Notes: generated by a model from the letters alone, not told the origin. Numbered from the whole stretch's first letter, positions 36,617-49,930 are shown. The stretch: DNA of 63,620 nucleotides, filler included, from Rhabdomonas costata (GCA_019059605.1; 42 parts of 42 records of this genome joined end to end with filler, not necessarily neighbours in it); one strand, 5' to 3'. Numbers and translations: made by a program.

Positions 36617-39600
36617 CAGAGCTGTCGCCGACGATATGTTTCTTTTGGAGGGGGTCAAAGCTAGCGGCAACGATTGCGTGCCGACTTCTCCCGCTTGGTG
36701 ACCCTGAGTTCAGGAGGCCTTGTTTCCCGCCCGGCTGGCGGTCCCCCCTCCCTCAAATTTGGGATTAGGGTTCGTGTTACTCTGGGTCACTGTGCACAGC
36801 TGTACATATCGCGTTTTGCATACCCCACCCCCCGCTCCTTGGTGCGGTGCGCTTTGGTAGATTTACTGGTGCTTCCTCTTCTCGGTAATTTGTTCTGTAA
36901 TACCATACAACATTTCACATTTTAGATTCGGTTTTTACCCTGTACTGGCGGTCTTTGCTGTCCCTTTTTGCTCCTCTCAGTAAAAGAGATGGGTTTTCCA
37001 CTTCTTTCTCGCACATTTGTTGTGCATTGTGCATATTGGCGAACGTTTTTCTTCTCCTTCTCCGCTGGCATGCACCCCGCTTCCCGGTCTCGTGGTTCCC
37101 TACCCCACCCCACCCCACCTCCTGGGGCCTAGCAGATGATAGCTGCATCGTGTACGGTGTACATCCTTGATTCTGCGGTTGAAGCTGCCGATGTTGTGTT
37201 GAAGACTTCCGGGTTGTCCCCAGGGACATGGGATCCGGATCTGCTTGAACAGTTTTCTGATGGCGTCAGTAAAGAACGCAGAAGAGCCTAAATGGCGCAA
37301 AAAAAAAAACTCCGCCTCAAAACCGAGGAAGAGAGAGATAACGCCGAAGAGGCCTTTTATTTTCCCTTAATTCGGAGAGTTTCGTCGTCAAGAATCCAGC
37401 TCTTGCGAGACCCGACATCCCCCACTCATTTCCGCATTTATCACAGAGAGAGGGAAAGAACTCGACAAACGGCTTTAAGGGTTTCGGTCCTAATTCTTAA
37501 GTGAAAAAAGGGGCAAAGGGGCCCAGATTGAGCCAAAAGCATGGAAAGGCCAAATAGCAGGCCTCTTGTTTTCTTCGGGGGAGGGGGGTTAAGCGTTTAG
37601 CACTGCTAAGCGGTCTTGAATTTCTATCCCCCCCCCCTCCTCAAATTAAAGTATGTCTGTGTAGTAGGCAAAAAACAGTATATCCCATTGTGTTAAATAC
37701 AGTTCGAGGTTGTTCACAAGGTTTACCTAACCCCCCGTGTCCCAAAAAAGAATAACATGCCAAAATATGTCTCGTTCGGAGGACCGCCCACCCCATGGAA
37801 CGTCCCAGCCCATCCGCTCGCTCCTGCCGCGCCGCGNNNNNNNNNNNNNNNNNNNNNNNNNNNNNNNNNNNNNNNNNNNNTTAATTAATTAANNNNNNNN
37901 NNNNNNNNNNNNNNNNNNNNNNNNNNNNNNNNNNNNGGTGGTGGGTTATCAAAAGCTGAATGTGGAGGAGGATGTTCGTCGGTTTAGTCCCCAAGTGCTT
38001 CTCATGTCAGGCCTCTAGCAGAACGACTCCTGCAGATGTGGAAAGAGCTTATTCTTTGATTTGTTATCTTCATATCTCAAGTAGATCATAGTGATGGATA
38101 GGACACCCGCCGTGAGACTATTCATGGCAAGGTTAGAATGGTCTCAATGCATGGTATATACGGTGCCTGGGGCAACCTGAAAACATTATGGAACGTGGTT
38201 GATGGTATGATGACTATCTGGAAAGCTCTGAGTTTCAGTGGCAATGGAACCTTGCAGATAACTCCGATACTTTTTGGCACTGTTTCTGTGCACTAAAGAC
38301 GGCTGTTTTCAACGACGCTAATCTAGTGCTTCTGTTTCCAGTAAGTTTTGGCACGCCAAATCAATTACAGTAAATATTTTTAATTATTTTTGGCTCGAAA
38401 ATTCGACTTCTATTTCCGTTTCCACGTTTTTACACACACTTTTTCTTTTGCTCAATTTTACCTCTTTACTTTAGTTTTTAATCCCCGCATGCAAGTGCCA
38501 AGTGTGACGGAGAAAGGATTTGAGCAGTTAACGTTGAAATATTGTCCAATAAGGCCAAAACTACCCGAAGATTCTTCCTTTTCCCAACTACTACTATTTG
38601 CTTTGCAACCACTATTGGTTTTATACCAAAGAACTAACGCTGAAAGCTTTCCTTTTTTCCTGAGCTGGTTGTTTCCGAAGTAAAAGTTTGCAGTAAATAA
38701 AAACCGGAACCACCACCTCCAATGCCACCTTTGTTTCTTCCGTCTAATTTGGGAAACATGCAATGCCAGAACTGTAGGGTTCAGGAGCTTCATATTGCCT
38801 CATTAGTCCTAGTCACTGAACTTCAACTATCGCGCGAGCTTTTGCATCAGTTGATTGAGTTAGAGTATTTAACGGAACTACCATTCTGGTGGAGAATTTT
38901 GTCAGAGTGTACGTCTTGCTGTGGAACTTTCAGGTGCGTTTGTTATCACGTGTAATTTGGACACACATTCCAGTAGTTTTTGGCTACACATTTTTCCAAA
39001 TAGTGAATTGGAGAAAGCTCCAATTTCATATCGTTATGTATGATGTATCATACGTTATACGTTGTAAATGAACTACCTGCGTCTGGATGTCTAATCAAGC
39101 CACACTGCGGCATAACAAAATCAGAGGAGCAGAATACCACACAATTCCACGATGATTCCTAAGCTACAACACCAGCAGCACGTGGAGACTCAGAAAAAGC
39201 GAAGGAAAGAATTGCAGATGCCACACTCGATAATTTGGCGAAGTTCTACCTACCTAGATTTTTCGATCTATTCAGAGGACACCTGCAAACTCTATGTTTG
39301 AAATCGCGAGCAGACTACTATTCTAGAACAGCCGAAGCCAAGGATACTTTAATNNNNNNNNNNNNNNNNNNNNNNNNNNNNNNNNNNNNNNNNNNNNTTA
39401 ATTAATTAANNNNNNNNNNNNNNNNNNNNNNNNNNNNNNNNNNNNNNNNNNNNGTTGTGGGTGAAGCCCACGCTGTGGCCTCTGTTCTTCTCTTTCACAC
39501 TGCCCATTCCGCGGGAAGAAGAATTTTCTGCACCCACATTGGGAGGGGAACACGCCCTGGTGTGCCTCATCATGTTCCCTCCACAGGACTTCATCACACC

Positions 39601-41718
39601 CACACAATACCCCTCAATCGTTGCTTACTGAACCAAACTCTTCAGGTAACCAAAAAAAGGCATATCCATAACTCTCTTTTTTTGTACGGGCGCACCTCCT
39701 CGGGCTGCGCTGGCTTCCCTCTCGCCTTCTCTTAATTACGCTCACCCATTAATGTACAAGGGGCCACAGCGTGGGCTTCACCCTTCCAATCAGACTCTGC
39801 TCTTCTGATTTGTGGTGTTGTCTTCCCAATGAAATAAACGTCGCAAGAACATGGTCACACAAAATTTCGGTTATAAAAATGTCAAGATTGTATTTTTCTT
39901 CGCGAACCTCAAAGAAGCGCGACAGCAAAACGTGATGGTACAACAAATCGGGCTACTGCGAAAAACGGCACGTTTAGCCCAACGGTTTGCTGTTCATCCT
40001 TCAGCCGCGTAGCACGCAGTTGAGCACCACTGAAGTCTCGAAGTGGTCAACGAGTACGACGTTCCCCACCCAAGGGTAGTGCAGCCCCATGAAATGCATC
40101 TGCTTGCACCACCCTTCCAGGAGAACTGACCCGAAAATACGATACAGCAAAAAAGTCCACAGGAATCTTTTTCGCCTTTTGAGAGAGGCTTTCATTCATT
40201 TCGACTAGGAAGAAGACTTCGTGAACAAATAATAATTCCCAACGAGATTCGAGCGAAGACATTCCTCCGACTCAATACATGTGCTCTGCAATTTCACCAC
40301 TTTTCATTCCCTCAGAGAGATACAGCAGCTTTCCATAGTAAATTTTACCGCAGTGTCCTTCACCGCATCACAGGAAGAATGATCCGGATGACTTGAAAGG
40401 TGGTCCTCCAGCAAACGGTGTTGGTGGTCAACCGGATTGGCGAAAGAGCTGGCAGACAAATACCTGTGCAATGCTGTGGGGCTGTGGTGCAAGGACATGT
40501 GGCAGGACAGTGCAGGGAGGGAGAGGGCACAACAAGGCCACACCATTCGCGAAGTCGGCCAACCCCAGCAGAGTGTTCACTGCAGTTTTTGAGGCCAGGG
40601 CTTGGACAATGAACGCCAAGTCAGGGGTGAGTGTCCACGAGATCTTCAATAGGGGCCCTTTTCGTCAGTGCCCCAAAGATTCCCCACAAAGAGCAAATCC
40701 CCAGTCCGACCGAAACGTCAAAATCCGATTTCCAACCGAGCCAAAAAACAAAACCTCCATCACATCCACACCTCCAAAACCTCCAAAACATCCACACATC
40801 ACATTCACCTCTAAAGGGATGAGGAGGCGGGGGGCTGGGTTGTGATTCAAAAATGCGCCAATCCTTCGTGNNNNNNNNNNNNNNNNNNNNNNNNNNNNNN
40901 NNNNNNNNNNNNNNTTAATTAATTAANNNNNNNNNNNNNNNNNNNNNNNNNNNNNNNNNNNNNNNNNNNNGGGGTTGGGGCGAATTAACTTGAGCTAAAT
41001 AACTGGGTGCGTGGTTCCGATTTGTTTTTTTTTAGAGCCCATTGCCCCTCTTCACTTTTGAATTGCTTGTCCTCGCTCAAGCACACAAATTCTTATTGGC
41101 AGCGGGAAGGCCATGTCCGCGGGTTTTTTTTCCGTTGTGTTCTAGATGTATATAGACGATGTCGTTGTCGTAGATGATGGGGGCGCTTGTCGGCCATCCA
41201 TCGACCTCTCTTCGCCTGTCCACCAACCAGCCATTCCCCCTCCTCCACTCTTGATGGCCTCCTTCCATTCTGTGCCTGCCTCCTGACTTCGACGTTGTCC
41301 GTGCTATTCCACCCATTTCTTTTCTTTTTGCCCTCTCCCGCCCTTGCGTCCGTGGCCTTCCCGCGCTCCTCATGGTGCTTCTTCGTTCTCCACGCGAGCT
41401 CCGTTGTGACACTCTCTGCTGCTGCCCAGAAATATGCTCTCGGTCCCCTTGTCTTTTTTCAGTCTTTGCCAGTCCCCTTCATTCTACTGTGCAAAGTGCC
41501 TTTTTGTTTTTCTTCCTCCACACCCTCCTTTTATCCCCAGTCCCTGCTGCTCCATTTACTTGTGCCCCGCGTTCTTGTGCTGTTGTGTTCAGCGGACACT
41601 GGTCAAAGTGATTTTTTTTATTTCATGTCTTTCGGACTCGAACCCGACAAGAGCCGCCTCTCACGGTGCTTGCGTGTGACTGCTGAGCGTTGTGCTTCCA
41701 CCTTGCATTCCTGACCAG

Positions 41719-42085
41719 ATGCCAGAGGTTCCTCTCCCTGTACGACCTGATGCCACACTGCGCAGCCTCAGAGGGCTCCGGCAGTGCCCGGCCCTCCGTT
41801 GGTTCCACCACCACCGCCCCCGCAACTACCACAAACACAACCCGGCGTCGTCCTGGCTCCCTCAACCGCAGCGACGCTCCAGGCTCCTTTGTGCGCCGTA
41901 CCAGTCTCCAGGCCACACCCTCCTCCAAGGCACCCGCCTCAGACTCAGGCTCGGCAGGGCAAGGCGCGAAGTCTCCAGACTCCCCGAAGCGCCCCTCGCC
42001 CAAAGGCTCTCGCAGGAGTTCCGGAACTGGCGCTGGCAGCAGCAAGCCTCCTCGAGGTCCAGCCCAGCCCAGCCCAGTTCCTCAG
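41719..42085 (+). CDS. Ser/Pro/Thr-rich low-complexity exon, unknown protein
   Basis: CCAG acceptor, open GC-rich frame (CQRFLSLYDLMPH...SPKRPSPKGSRRSS), CAG|GT donor. Confidence 0.4.
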
Positions 42086-42492
42086 GTCACCTCCAATTCA
42101 TCTTTCGTTTCTGCCAATGTCAGCTCATCGATCAGTACATAAAGAAAGTAATTGGGAAAGTTGCGAGTAGCGAGGTACGCCCAAACTCAATGAGTCCCTC
42201 CTCCCTCACCCACTCCGATCCACTCCACTGTTTTGGCCCCACCGCGTTGTCTCCACTTTCGTTTTCTCCCTGTTCCTATTCTATGCACACCCATCCCCGC
42301 AGTATCTCCGAGGATCCGCCCCTCACTGCACGGCAGCTGGACAGATGGCTGGATAAGAATCCCCCACCATTACACTCAGCAGCAACCNNNNNNNNNNNNN
42401 NNNNNNNNNNNNNNNNNNNNNNNNNNNNNNNTTAATTAATTAANNNNNNNNNNNNNNNNNNNNNNNNNNNNNNNNNNNNNNNNNNNNTGTGG

Positions 42493-42595
42493 TTTTGACA
42501 TGTGCTCAGTGAATTGCGATTTTGTAAGTTTGTGAAGTATACAGAGCATACTTCACAAACTTACAAAATCGCAATTCACTGAGCACATGTCAAAA
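42493..42595. repeat. Terminal fold-back palindrome (48-bp perfect arms, 7-nt loop)
   Basis: TTTTGACATGTGCTCAG...AAGTAT pairs with ATACTT...CACATGTCAAAA at the contig start. Confidence 0.92.
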
Positions 42596-42624
42596 GCATA
42601 AGAAAAGGGGCGCTTCACAGGGAC

Positions 42625-43689
42625 CTTTGGCAAATTTGTTGCATCTCCTGCTCTTTCCAGCAGAGCCGGAGGTACTCGGACTCGGCCACCCGCTGCAGTA
42701 CAGGCAATAGCCCCGCGTAGTAAATCTTCTGCGACTCAATAATGTGCCCCGATGACTGCGACAAGGCCTGGAGGAAGGGGGAGGCGCAAGTGGCCACTGC
42801 TTCGCAGGCACCCCAAGGTGTTCCAAATGAACTTCTTCTACGAACAGACCTCAAAGTAGGTCTCCATTAAGACATGGCCAATGTCGCCGTCGCGGATCGA
42901 AATGGAGGGAAGGTTGGGGAGGAAGTCATTCCCACACAGCACGCACAGCAGGGAGAAGTCATCAATGATCCGCTCCACATTGGTGCGCTGAAGCACACTG
43001 CGGTCAAGCCGGGACCTGGCCTAAATCAAACGGTGGACAAACACGGTGGACAAATGCATATAGCAATACAACCGCTATAACAGCAGTGGGGTGAAAAGCC
43101 GGCTGAGGCACCGTTTTCCACAGCATCAGCCGAAGCTGGCCGATGTTAACCAGCGAGAACAGTTGCTTCCCAGGGCAGTCCTGCCGCCCACCGCGCTGCA
43201 CATCCTCCCTCATGATGAAGAACTTGGGCTCGTGGGTGAGCAGGGACAGGAAGATCAGGTCAGCATCGGCCCCGTAGAAGCAGTGAGTAAGCTGCCCGGG
43301 GCCACAATTGGGCTCCCTCTGCTGGCTGCGGATAAACCGCGCCAGCTTGTGCTCACCCTGCGGAAAGCCGAAACAGCAACAAAAAAGTGGTCAGTTTGCA
43401 CCCCACATGGAATCAATTCCGCGCTGCCCAAACAACTTTTGCCTGCTACAGCATGGGGTGAACGTTATGGAACTATGCGAATTGATTGGGGCAGCATTGC
43501 CGAACGGGCGGAAACCAGCCCGCGGCGCGGGCGGAGGACCAGCACAGGAGCAGTGGTAGCAGAGAACACATGCCTCTCCAGGCTCGCTGGAGTCCGAAAA
43601 TATCACGAGCAAGTGCTTCAAGTTCGTCTCCATTTGCGAGGTAAGCCACCGCCGTAAATGGGCCGAAAGCCTGCTCATGAAGCACGTTC
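42625..43689 (-). CDS. XRN: XRN-family 5'-3' exoribonuclease, four exons of the catalytic domain
   Basis: Exons 43689-43574 (GTCFM...IFSDSSEPGE), 43357-43112 (GEHKLARFIR...HCFYGADADLIFLSLLTHEPKFFIMRE), 43020-42850 (ERIIDDF...GNDFLPNLP) and 42767-42625. PGEGEHK is rebuilt only across a GC-AG intron. Confidence 0.93.
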
Positions 43690-45999
43690 CTGAGCACAAA
43701 GAAAAAGACGAGCAAATGAAGCCAAACACAAACAGCAGACAAGCCAAAGAGGGATACAGCTGAAAAGGCTTTTTTCGCAAAACGAGGAGGACCACACCAC
43801 GCATGCATGTGCACACATACACATATGCAGGCATACACATCGCGAACCTGACGAGAGGGTGACTTCCTTCACGGAATGATTCGAGATTCTGTTCCCCAAC
43901 AACCNNNNNNNNNNNNNNNNNNNNNNNNNNNNNNNNNNNNNNNNNNNNTTAATTAATTAANNNNNNNNNNNNNNNNNNNNNNNNNNNNNNNNNNNNNNNN
44001 NNNNTGTGGGTTGGTAAGGGTATGGGTTGGTACGGATATGGGTTGGACGTGGTTCATGGGGGCTGTGCGTGTATCTGGGTTGTGCGTGTATCTGGGGGTG
44101 TTGGGCGTATCTCTGTGGGTGCTGTGGGTAGGGGTGGACGTGAATCATGGGTAGGGGTGACGGTATATAGCGCTAAGACAAGGATGGTCATGCTACATTG
44201 TGGGTTAGGTGCTGTGCGTGGTTCTGTGCTGTGCCCTTCGGCGATCGGAGCTTGTGTGTGGGTCACGGATGCCACTTTCCATGGACCTTCATGACTAGCT
44301 GGCCTTCATTACATGGACTTAGGGTGTTGTTACCAGAGACGGCTCAGGATGATCAGTGGGGGCATCCTTACCATTCCAATAAATACACCTGTGAGTCTGG
44401 GGTAGGGTGGGGCAAGTTGTGTGATCACGCCACAGGTTGGTCAAGGTTGCATTACCCCATCTACAACATTATGCGTGGGGGATAAGAACAGGACGGGTAG
44501 TCTGCCGTGAGGTTATGTACCGCCATCCCCAATCCCACGTGTAGCCATACACCCACCACAATAGCGTGTAGTATGGTTAAACCGAATTGAGCCCTGGTAG
44601 CGGGTGCACCATAGGGCCATAGCAGGGTACAACAGGGTGGCAGGACGCTGTTGTATGGCCATTGGCACCACAACGTGGGTATGTGGCAGGACCAGGCTAT
44701 GGTGTGTTGCCATAGTAGTTGTTCTACGCATGTACGTGTTGATATGATGGTGTTGGGTCACGGCGTAGGTCATAGCATAGGGTGTGAGGGTCACACTAAG
44801 CCTCTATGTGTGTATATCGTGCCATGCAAACATTAGCGTAAGGTCAACCATGGCGTCGTCCCATCCAAAGTGGTGGTGGGGGCGTAACAACCCTGTCAAT
44901 CCACGCTATGGGTGGGTGGCTATGGTGTGGGCCAAGGCATGATGTCATTCCTTGCAGAGTGGGTATGGGTGTCAGAACCCTGTCAGTCCTTCGCTTCAAG
45001 GGGTGGTGTTGTGTCAAGGTATAGCCATGGTGTCATTCCATCCACGTCAGGGTGGGGTGTTACAACCCGTAATGCCATGTCGTGATGCGTTACCTCTTCT
45101 GTGGTGGATCAAGCCCTGTGTGATGTTGCGTGTCATCGCCTTGCATCTGTGTACCTCGCAGTGTGGGCCCAGGGTGGTGGCGTTGACATCAGGGAATGGC
45201 CCTCCGTTTCGCCCATTCACCCACCAGCCGTCGACCGAAGCCCTGACCCTGTTGGAGCACGACCCCGGCCTGCCTGATTTCCTCAAGCCCCTGCTCCCTC
45301 TGCTGGCCTACAACCTCACCCTGACTGACGAACGCGCGGCTCCCCTAATTCAAGCCGTGTATGCCTCACTTGCCTCCTGGCTACTTTCCCAGCCGCTTCC
45401 GTCGCCCCCCACCCCCACACANNNNNNNNNNNNNNNNNNNNNNNNNNNNNNNNNNNNNNNNNNNNTTAATTAATTAANNNNNNNNNNNNNNNNNNNNNNN
45501 NNNNNNNNNNNNNNNNNNNNNGGGGTGGGTTCGCCCATGATGGCTAATGCATTTCCTTCTATTTGACATACCACCAAAGAAATTGCCAGAATATTGACCA
45601 CTCAATGGGTTTGGGAGATTCCCTGTTTACAGTCGAACTGTGTGACACACGATTCGGGCATTCGGGCATTCGGGCTCATTTCTACCAATCCACCTCAGCT
45701 GGCAAAACCAGCGTTGTCCTGGCTCTACTCTGGAAGTCGCAACCGCGTTAGAGAACCTCAAAGGGCAAGTGAGAGGACGACGCGTTTTTTGCATTTCATT
45801 TGCAAATGTTGTGATTGTAACATCCCGCCAAAATTCCGCCAAAATTCAAATCTGGACCAAAAAACCCGACGCAGATGTTTCGCATTTTTCTTTTTGCACA
45901 AAAAGAAGAAAGTAATTTCTGCACCTTGGGGGATAGGAGGGCAGCGATAATGCACCTGTATCTGCGGTAGAGGGGCATGGGGAAGGGTGGGGGTACACA

Positions 46000-46173
46000 C
46001 GGAGGCTTTGACATGTGCTCGGCAAAGAAGCTGTCCGTGCAGACTACGGTGGTTGAGGACTCCAGCTTGAGCCGAGCTGGAAGCCCAGCTTGAAGCTCCC
46101 CCAGGAGGGAGTTGACGTGGTAGAACCACAGGGCGGCAGTGGTGTATCCGGGGGAAACCAAAATAACGTGAAC
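46000..46173 (-). CDS. Isolated exon, unknown protein
   Basis: CGCAG acceptor, then VHVILVSPGYTTAALWFYHVNSLLGELQAGLPARLKLE... The 3' boundary is approximate. Confidence 0.35.
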
Positions 46174-47045
46174 CTGCGAAGAACATAAAGCACGCCATAT
46201 GATATGCAGAACCCACAGCTTGGATGCCTCCACCGAGCCCGTATGAAGCGATGACGTGATCAGAGAGTTGCGGGCAGGAGCTCTCCTGCAGATGGCTTAT
46301 TGAAGTTTTCTGTTTCTTCGTGGCTCCATCCTCCCCCGAGTTGGTGAATTTAAAAAGAAAAAATAAAGTCCCTTAACTGAAAAAGTGATGACGGCAACAA
46401 ATGAGGTTTCTATGCACAGAGTGAGGAGCGAACAATTCTTTCAAAAGCAGCGCAATGAATGTCCAAATCGAACAGCCGCACAAAAGAAACATGAGGTAGG
46501 CAGGAAAACAGCAAGGAAATTGTATATGCGCTCCTGCAGGCACAGTAAGGGCAATATAAAAAGGTCAGCAGGGGCGAAGTCGCAATGTTTCGGGCTTTTA
46601 CATTACCGGCAACTTTGCAACTTTGAGAACTACACTCTGGGATACTTTCGAAGCAAATCAGCACCTTCTGGTTGGTAGGAAGCGACCCCAACACCTTCCG
46701 AAGCTTCCCACGCCACAGCTCGACGTTCAGCACAATGCCTTCCTACGAAAAAAGCAATACATAAAGTAAAGGAGAGAACACAGAAAAAGAGGAAGCAAAT
46801 GGGTTGTTCAAAGAGATCAGAAAAGGGCGATGGGAAACATAAACACCACTGACTCGCTCCTATTTTTCCATATAGCATATGGAGGTAAATTCAAATTCAC
46901 CAACTGAGCATCTGCACAACCGCAGTTCAACACCAAAANNNNNNNNNNNNNNNNNNNNNNNNNNNNNNNNNNNNNNNNNNNNTTAATTAATTAANNNNNN
47001 NNNNNNNNNNNNNNNNNNNNNNNNNNNNNNNNNNNNNNGTTTTTT

Positions 47046-47165
47046 GATTGTATACCCCTATATCTGAACTTTAATGTGAACGCGGATCAAATTAGGCCGA
47101 AACATGGAATAAAGCCAAATATGATCCGCGTTCACATTAAAGTTCAGATATAGGGGTATACAATC
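47046..47165. repeat. Terminal fold-back inverted repeat (~44-bp arms)
   Basis: Perfect outer arms with imperfect inner pairing, at the contig start. Confidence 0.9.
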
Positions 47166-47241
47166 TAAAAACTCGCCGAAAAGAGGCTGCCACTTTTGGC
47201 AAGTGTCGCCGTTGGGGTGGGGGTGGGGGCGGGATCTGCAG

Positions 47242-48391
47242 GTATTGAGCTGGGTGCTGGTTGTCGCCACCCAGGCGGATTCCTGGACAGAAGTAGTTTT
47301 CTCTGGTGCTCAATCGAACTTGATCATAGTCCTGGCCTGCATAGTGGGGTATGCCACGTGCACCCTTTCCCCCAACCTGCTTTCGGCGCCACCTCTTGGT
47401 TTGCCTTCATAACCCATGTTCCAAGCGTTGGCACAGCAACCTCTGATTTGCAGGGGGCGACGTTGTGCTCCCCTTCCCCGCCTGCTTTCCGGGAACTTTG
47501 AACCCTTATCAACGTCCTATGGAAGAAAACCGAGCCAAGATATGGCAGTCCATCACGCTCCGTTGAACTGGAGCTTCCTTTGGGGCCTCCACAGGGTAGC
47601 CATGCATGATTGGGAGAAAGCATGGCAAAACGAGCTGTGGCACAAACAGCAACAGCGGTGAGCCACTGGACAATTTTTTTTTGGCTTCTTGCGTTCCTTC
47701 GGAATTCGCCCTGGAATTGTAGAATTCGCTGAAATATTTGTCCCCCTGAAGAAAGCACGAATTACTGGTACTTGCCAGAGAACACCCGCGTTTGACGATT
47801 ATGTTGCAACCATTTCCTGTACATTACACCGGCACCCCTCTACTCCTCGGCGTCGTTTTTTTGCGGCAGAGGGTCGTCGTTTGGCCAATTTACACACTGT
47901 TGACTTCTATCGGTAGGGCTTGCCTCCTGACGCTTCTCCTGGTGAGACTGCTGACCCATCCCCTGAGACAGCTCGTGCGGGACATGAAGCTGCTCAGCCG
48001 AATGAAGGTCACCCAGCCCATGAATTTTCCGCAATCCCGGCTCAGCGAGCTCAACGACCTCATGCGGTCGTTTGAGCAGCTGTGCAGATGCATGCGGGAG
48101 TACCGGAAGTTCATGCCGGAGACACTTTGGGTACAGCGGCAGCGGGACTTGCGGCTAGCCGCGGACAAGGACTGCCCCGAGCCCAGTCCGACTTTACCAG
48201 AATCTCAGCCCCCCGGTGCACTCCCCGGGATCGACAGTGACGTTTTGAGCGAAGGTGATCAACCGCTTCCGGATTGGGGCACGCTATGTCCGCTTTGCCC
48301 AGTTCCACCGGCTTCGTTGCGATTGCCGTTTTGCACGGTGGCGTGCTTCGACCTATCTGGTGTTCGAGTTACCTCAGAGGACTCGAGGCAG
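47242..48391 (+). CDS. Receptor-type nucleotide cyclase fragment: Cache end - TM - HAMP - start of class III cyclase-like domain
   Basis: Exon 47242-47348 (VLSWVLVVATQADSW...ACIVG) joins in phase 2 to 47917-48391 (LTHPLRQLVRDM...SRLSELNDLMRSF...MREYRKFMPETL...CTVACFDLSG). Confidence 0.75.
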
Positions 48392-48554
48392 GTGCTTGTT
48401 GGATATTTTTTTCGGTGGCGGTGGTTGTTTATCTTTCCCTCCCCCCCCACAACCNNNNNNNNNNNNNNNNNNNNNNNNNNNNNNNNNNNNNNNNNNNNTT
48501 AATTAATTAANNNNNNNNNNNNNNNNNNNNNNNNNNNNNNNNNNNNNNNNNNNN

Positions 48555-49930
48555 GTGGTGGGGTCCGTGGAGTTCACAGGAGTGAAGAGCCGGAAGTCCG
48601 CGATGGGCGGGGGTTTGATCAGAGGGTTGTTCTGGCTCCAATCGGTGTCCGAGTGGCTGAAGTACTGTGTGAGCGGCAAATGCAATGGTATGGTGGTGGG
48701 ATGTGGGGGTCTTCTGCAGGGCATTTCTTACAGGTCACTGACTAAAAGGGAGCACATACCCAAAGAGAAAGAACTACATTAAATCCCTTATTGATTACAC
48801 TCAGGTGGATGACAAATCGGAACGCAATGATCCCATCAGACAGTGGGGGAAAAGGATATCCCTGTGCACGGTATTCTGGTGAGGGCCACTTAAAATCATC
48901 TCGATCGTAAGGTTTCACACCCGCCGTCCTCATTTTCCTCCCCGATATTACACCCCATCGTACACACGCTCCACCGAAGGTCCAGAAATTGTGTGGGTGT
49001 GAGGACTTCCCACAACTCCCGTCGCATGAATTCGTTTCAGGTCAGAACCTGAAACTTTGGAGCGAATTTACAGCGAAGAAGAGCAGCCCAGGCATGCTGG
49101 AGAGAGCGGAGGTGCACGCATCCAGTAATCCCAATGACAAGAAATTCACCACAAGGCGAACACTACATACACAAAAACAAACACCGCTCATTTCTTTCCA
49201 CGCTTCTTTCATCTCCAAATCTCTCACTCTCTCGAAACTATTGAAATTAATTTTCTTCGTGTCCGGGATCCGTAATCGCGCGTGAGCAAAGCCTACGCTC
49301 AGTCGGACTCATACTGTTTGGTGCTGCGCGTTGGCAGCATCCCAGCAATTTTTAAATTTCGGATGCATAATGAACCGGAACGTACATCCTGCATTGCTGT
49401 AAGTATCCGGATTCAAAAGGAGAGATTCTTTCCCTTTTCTGTTGGGAGGGGATTTAACGTCTGTCTCTAGTCAGCCGTGTGGAGGACGGTGGAGCCTACA
49501 GGGAAAACGTGCTGCTGAGAGGAAGGTCTGGGGGGGGGGGACTGAGGCTAGGAAATCTCCGCTCAATCTCCGTTGAACTCGACATTTACCGCAACGGTCT
49601 CTCTTGGGCAGTACTGCGGCCGCCCTGTATTTCTGGCTTGTGTTGATCATGAAGCGTAAACATATACAACCTTATACACAATTCCAGTCACCCAAACCAA
49701 AAGCAAGCAGCAAAGAGGAAAGGGGGGTGGCTCTGAAACCTTCCCATGACTGGCGGCCACGAGGATCCCCGAGGACTGCGCTGATACTACAAAGAGGCGG
49801 TCCCGGGGTTCTGTTAAAAACGAGAGCAAAATTGCGCTGAGCTGGGCGCTGCTCGCGGCGACGTCGAACTTCACCACGGCCTGCAGGTCGGTGGTGGGCA
49901 TGCTGCATACCAGGTTGGCATGGGGAATGC
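48555..49930 (-). CDS. Probable multi-exon fragment, unknown protein
   Basis: Up to six phase-compatible short exons (IPHANLVCSMPTTDLQAVVKFDV.../SAQSSGILVAASHGK/GGRSTAQERPLR/MPGLLFFAVNSLQSFR/...IAFRFVIHLSVINKGFN/YFSHSDTDWSQNNP). The model needs one GC donor and one GAG acceptor. Confidence 0.35.

Noticed and set aside
41631..41650. GGTTCGAGTCC T-loop-like motif (minus strand) as a tRNA
   Set aside because: The T-stem does not pair fully and no cloverleaf can be built.
42625..43689. Euglenid non-conventional (non GT-AG, stem-forming) introns
   Set aside because: I looked for them in all confidently identified genes. Every junction I could resolve is GT-AG or GC-AG.
48404..48416. TATTTTTTTCG|GT resembling the euglenid spliced-leader 3' end
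   Set aside because: The upstream sequence does not match a spliced leader, and the site lies just inside an ordinary intron.
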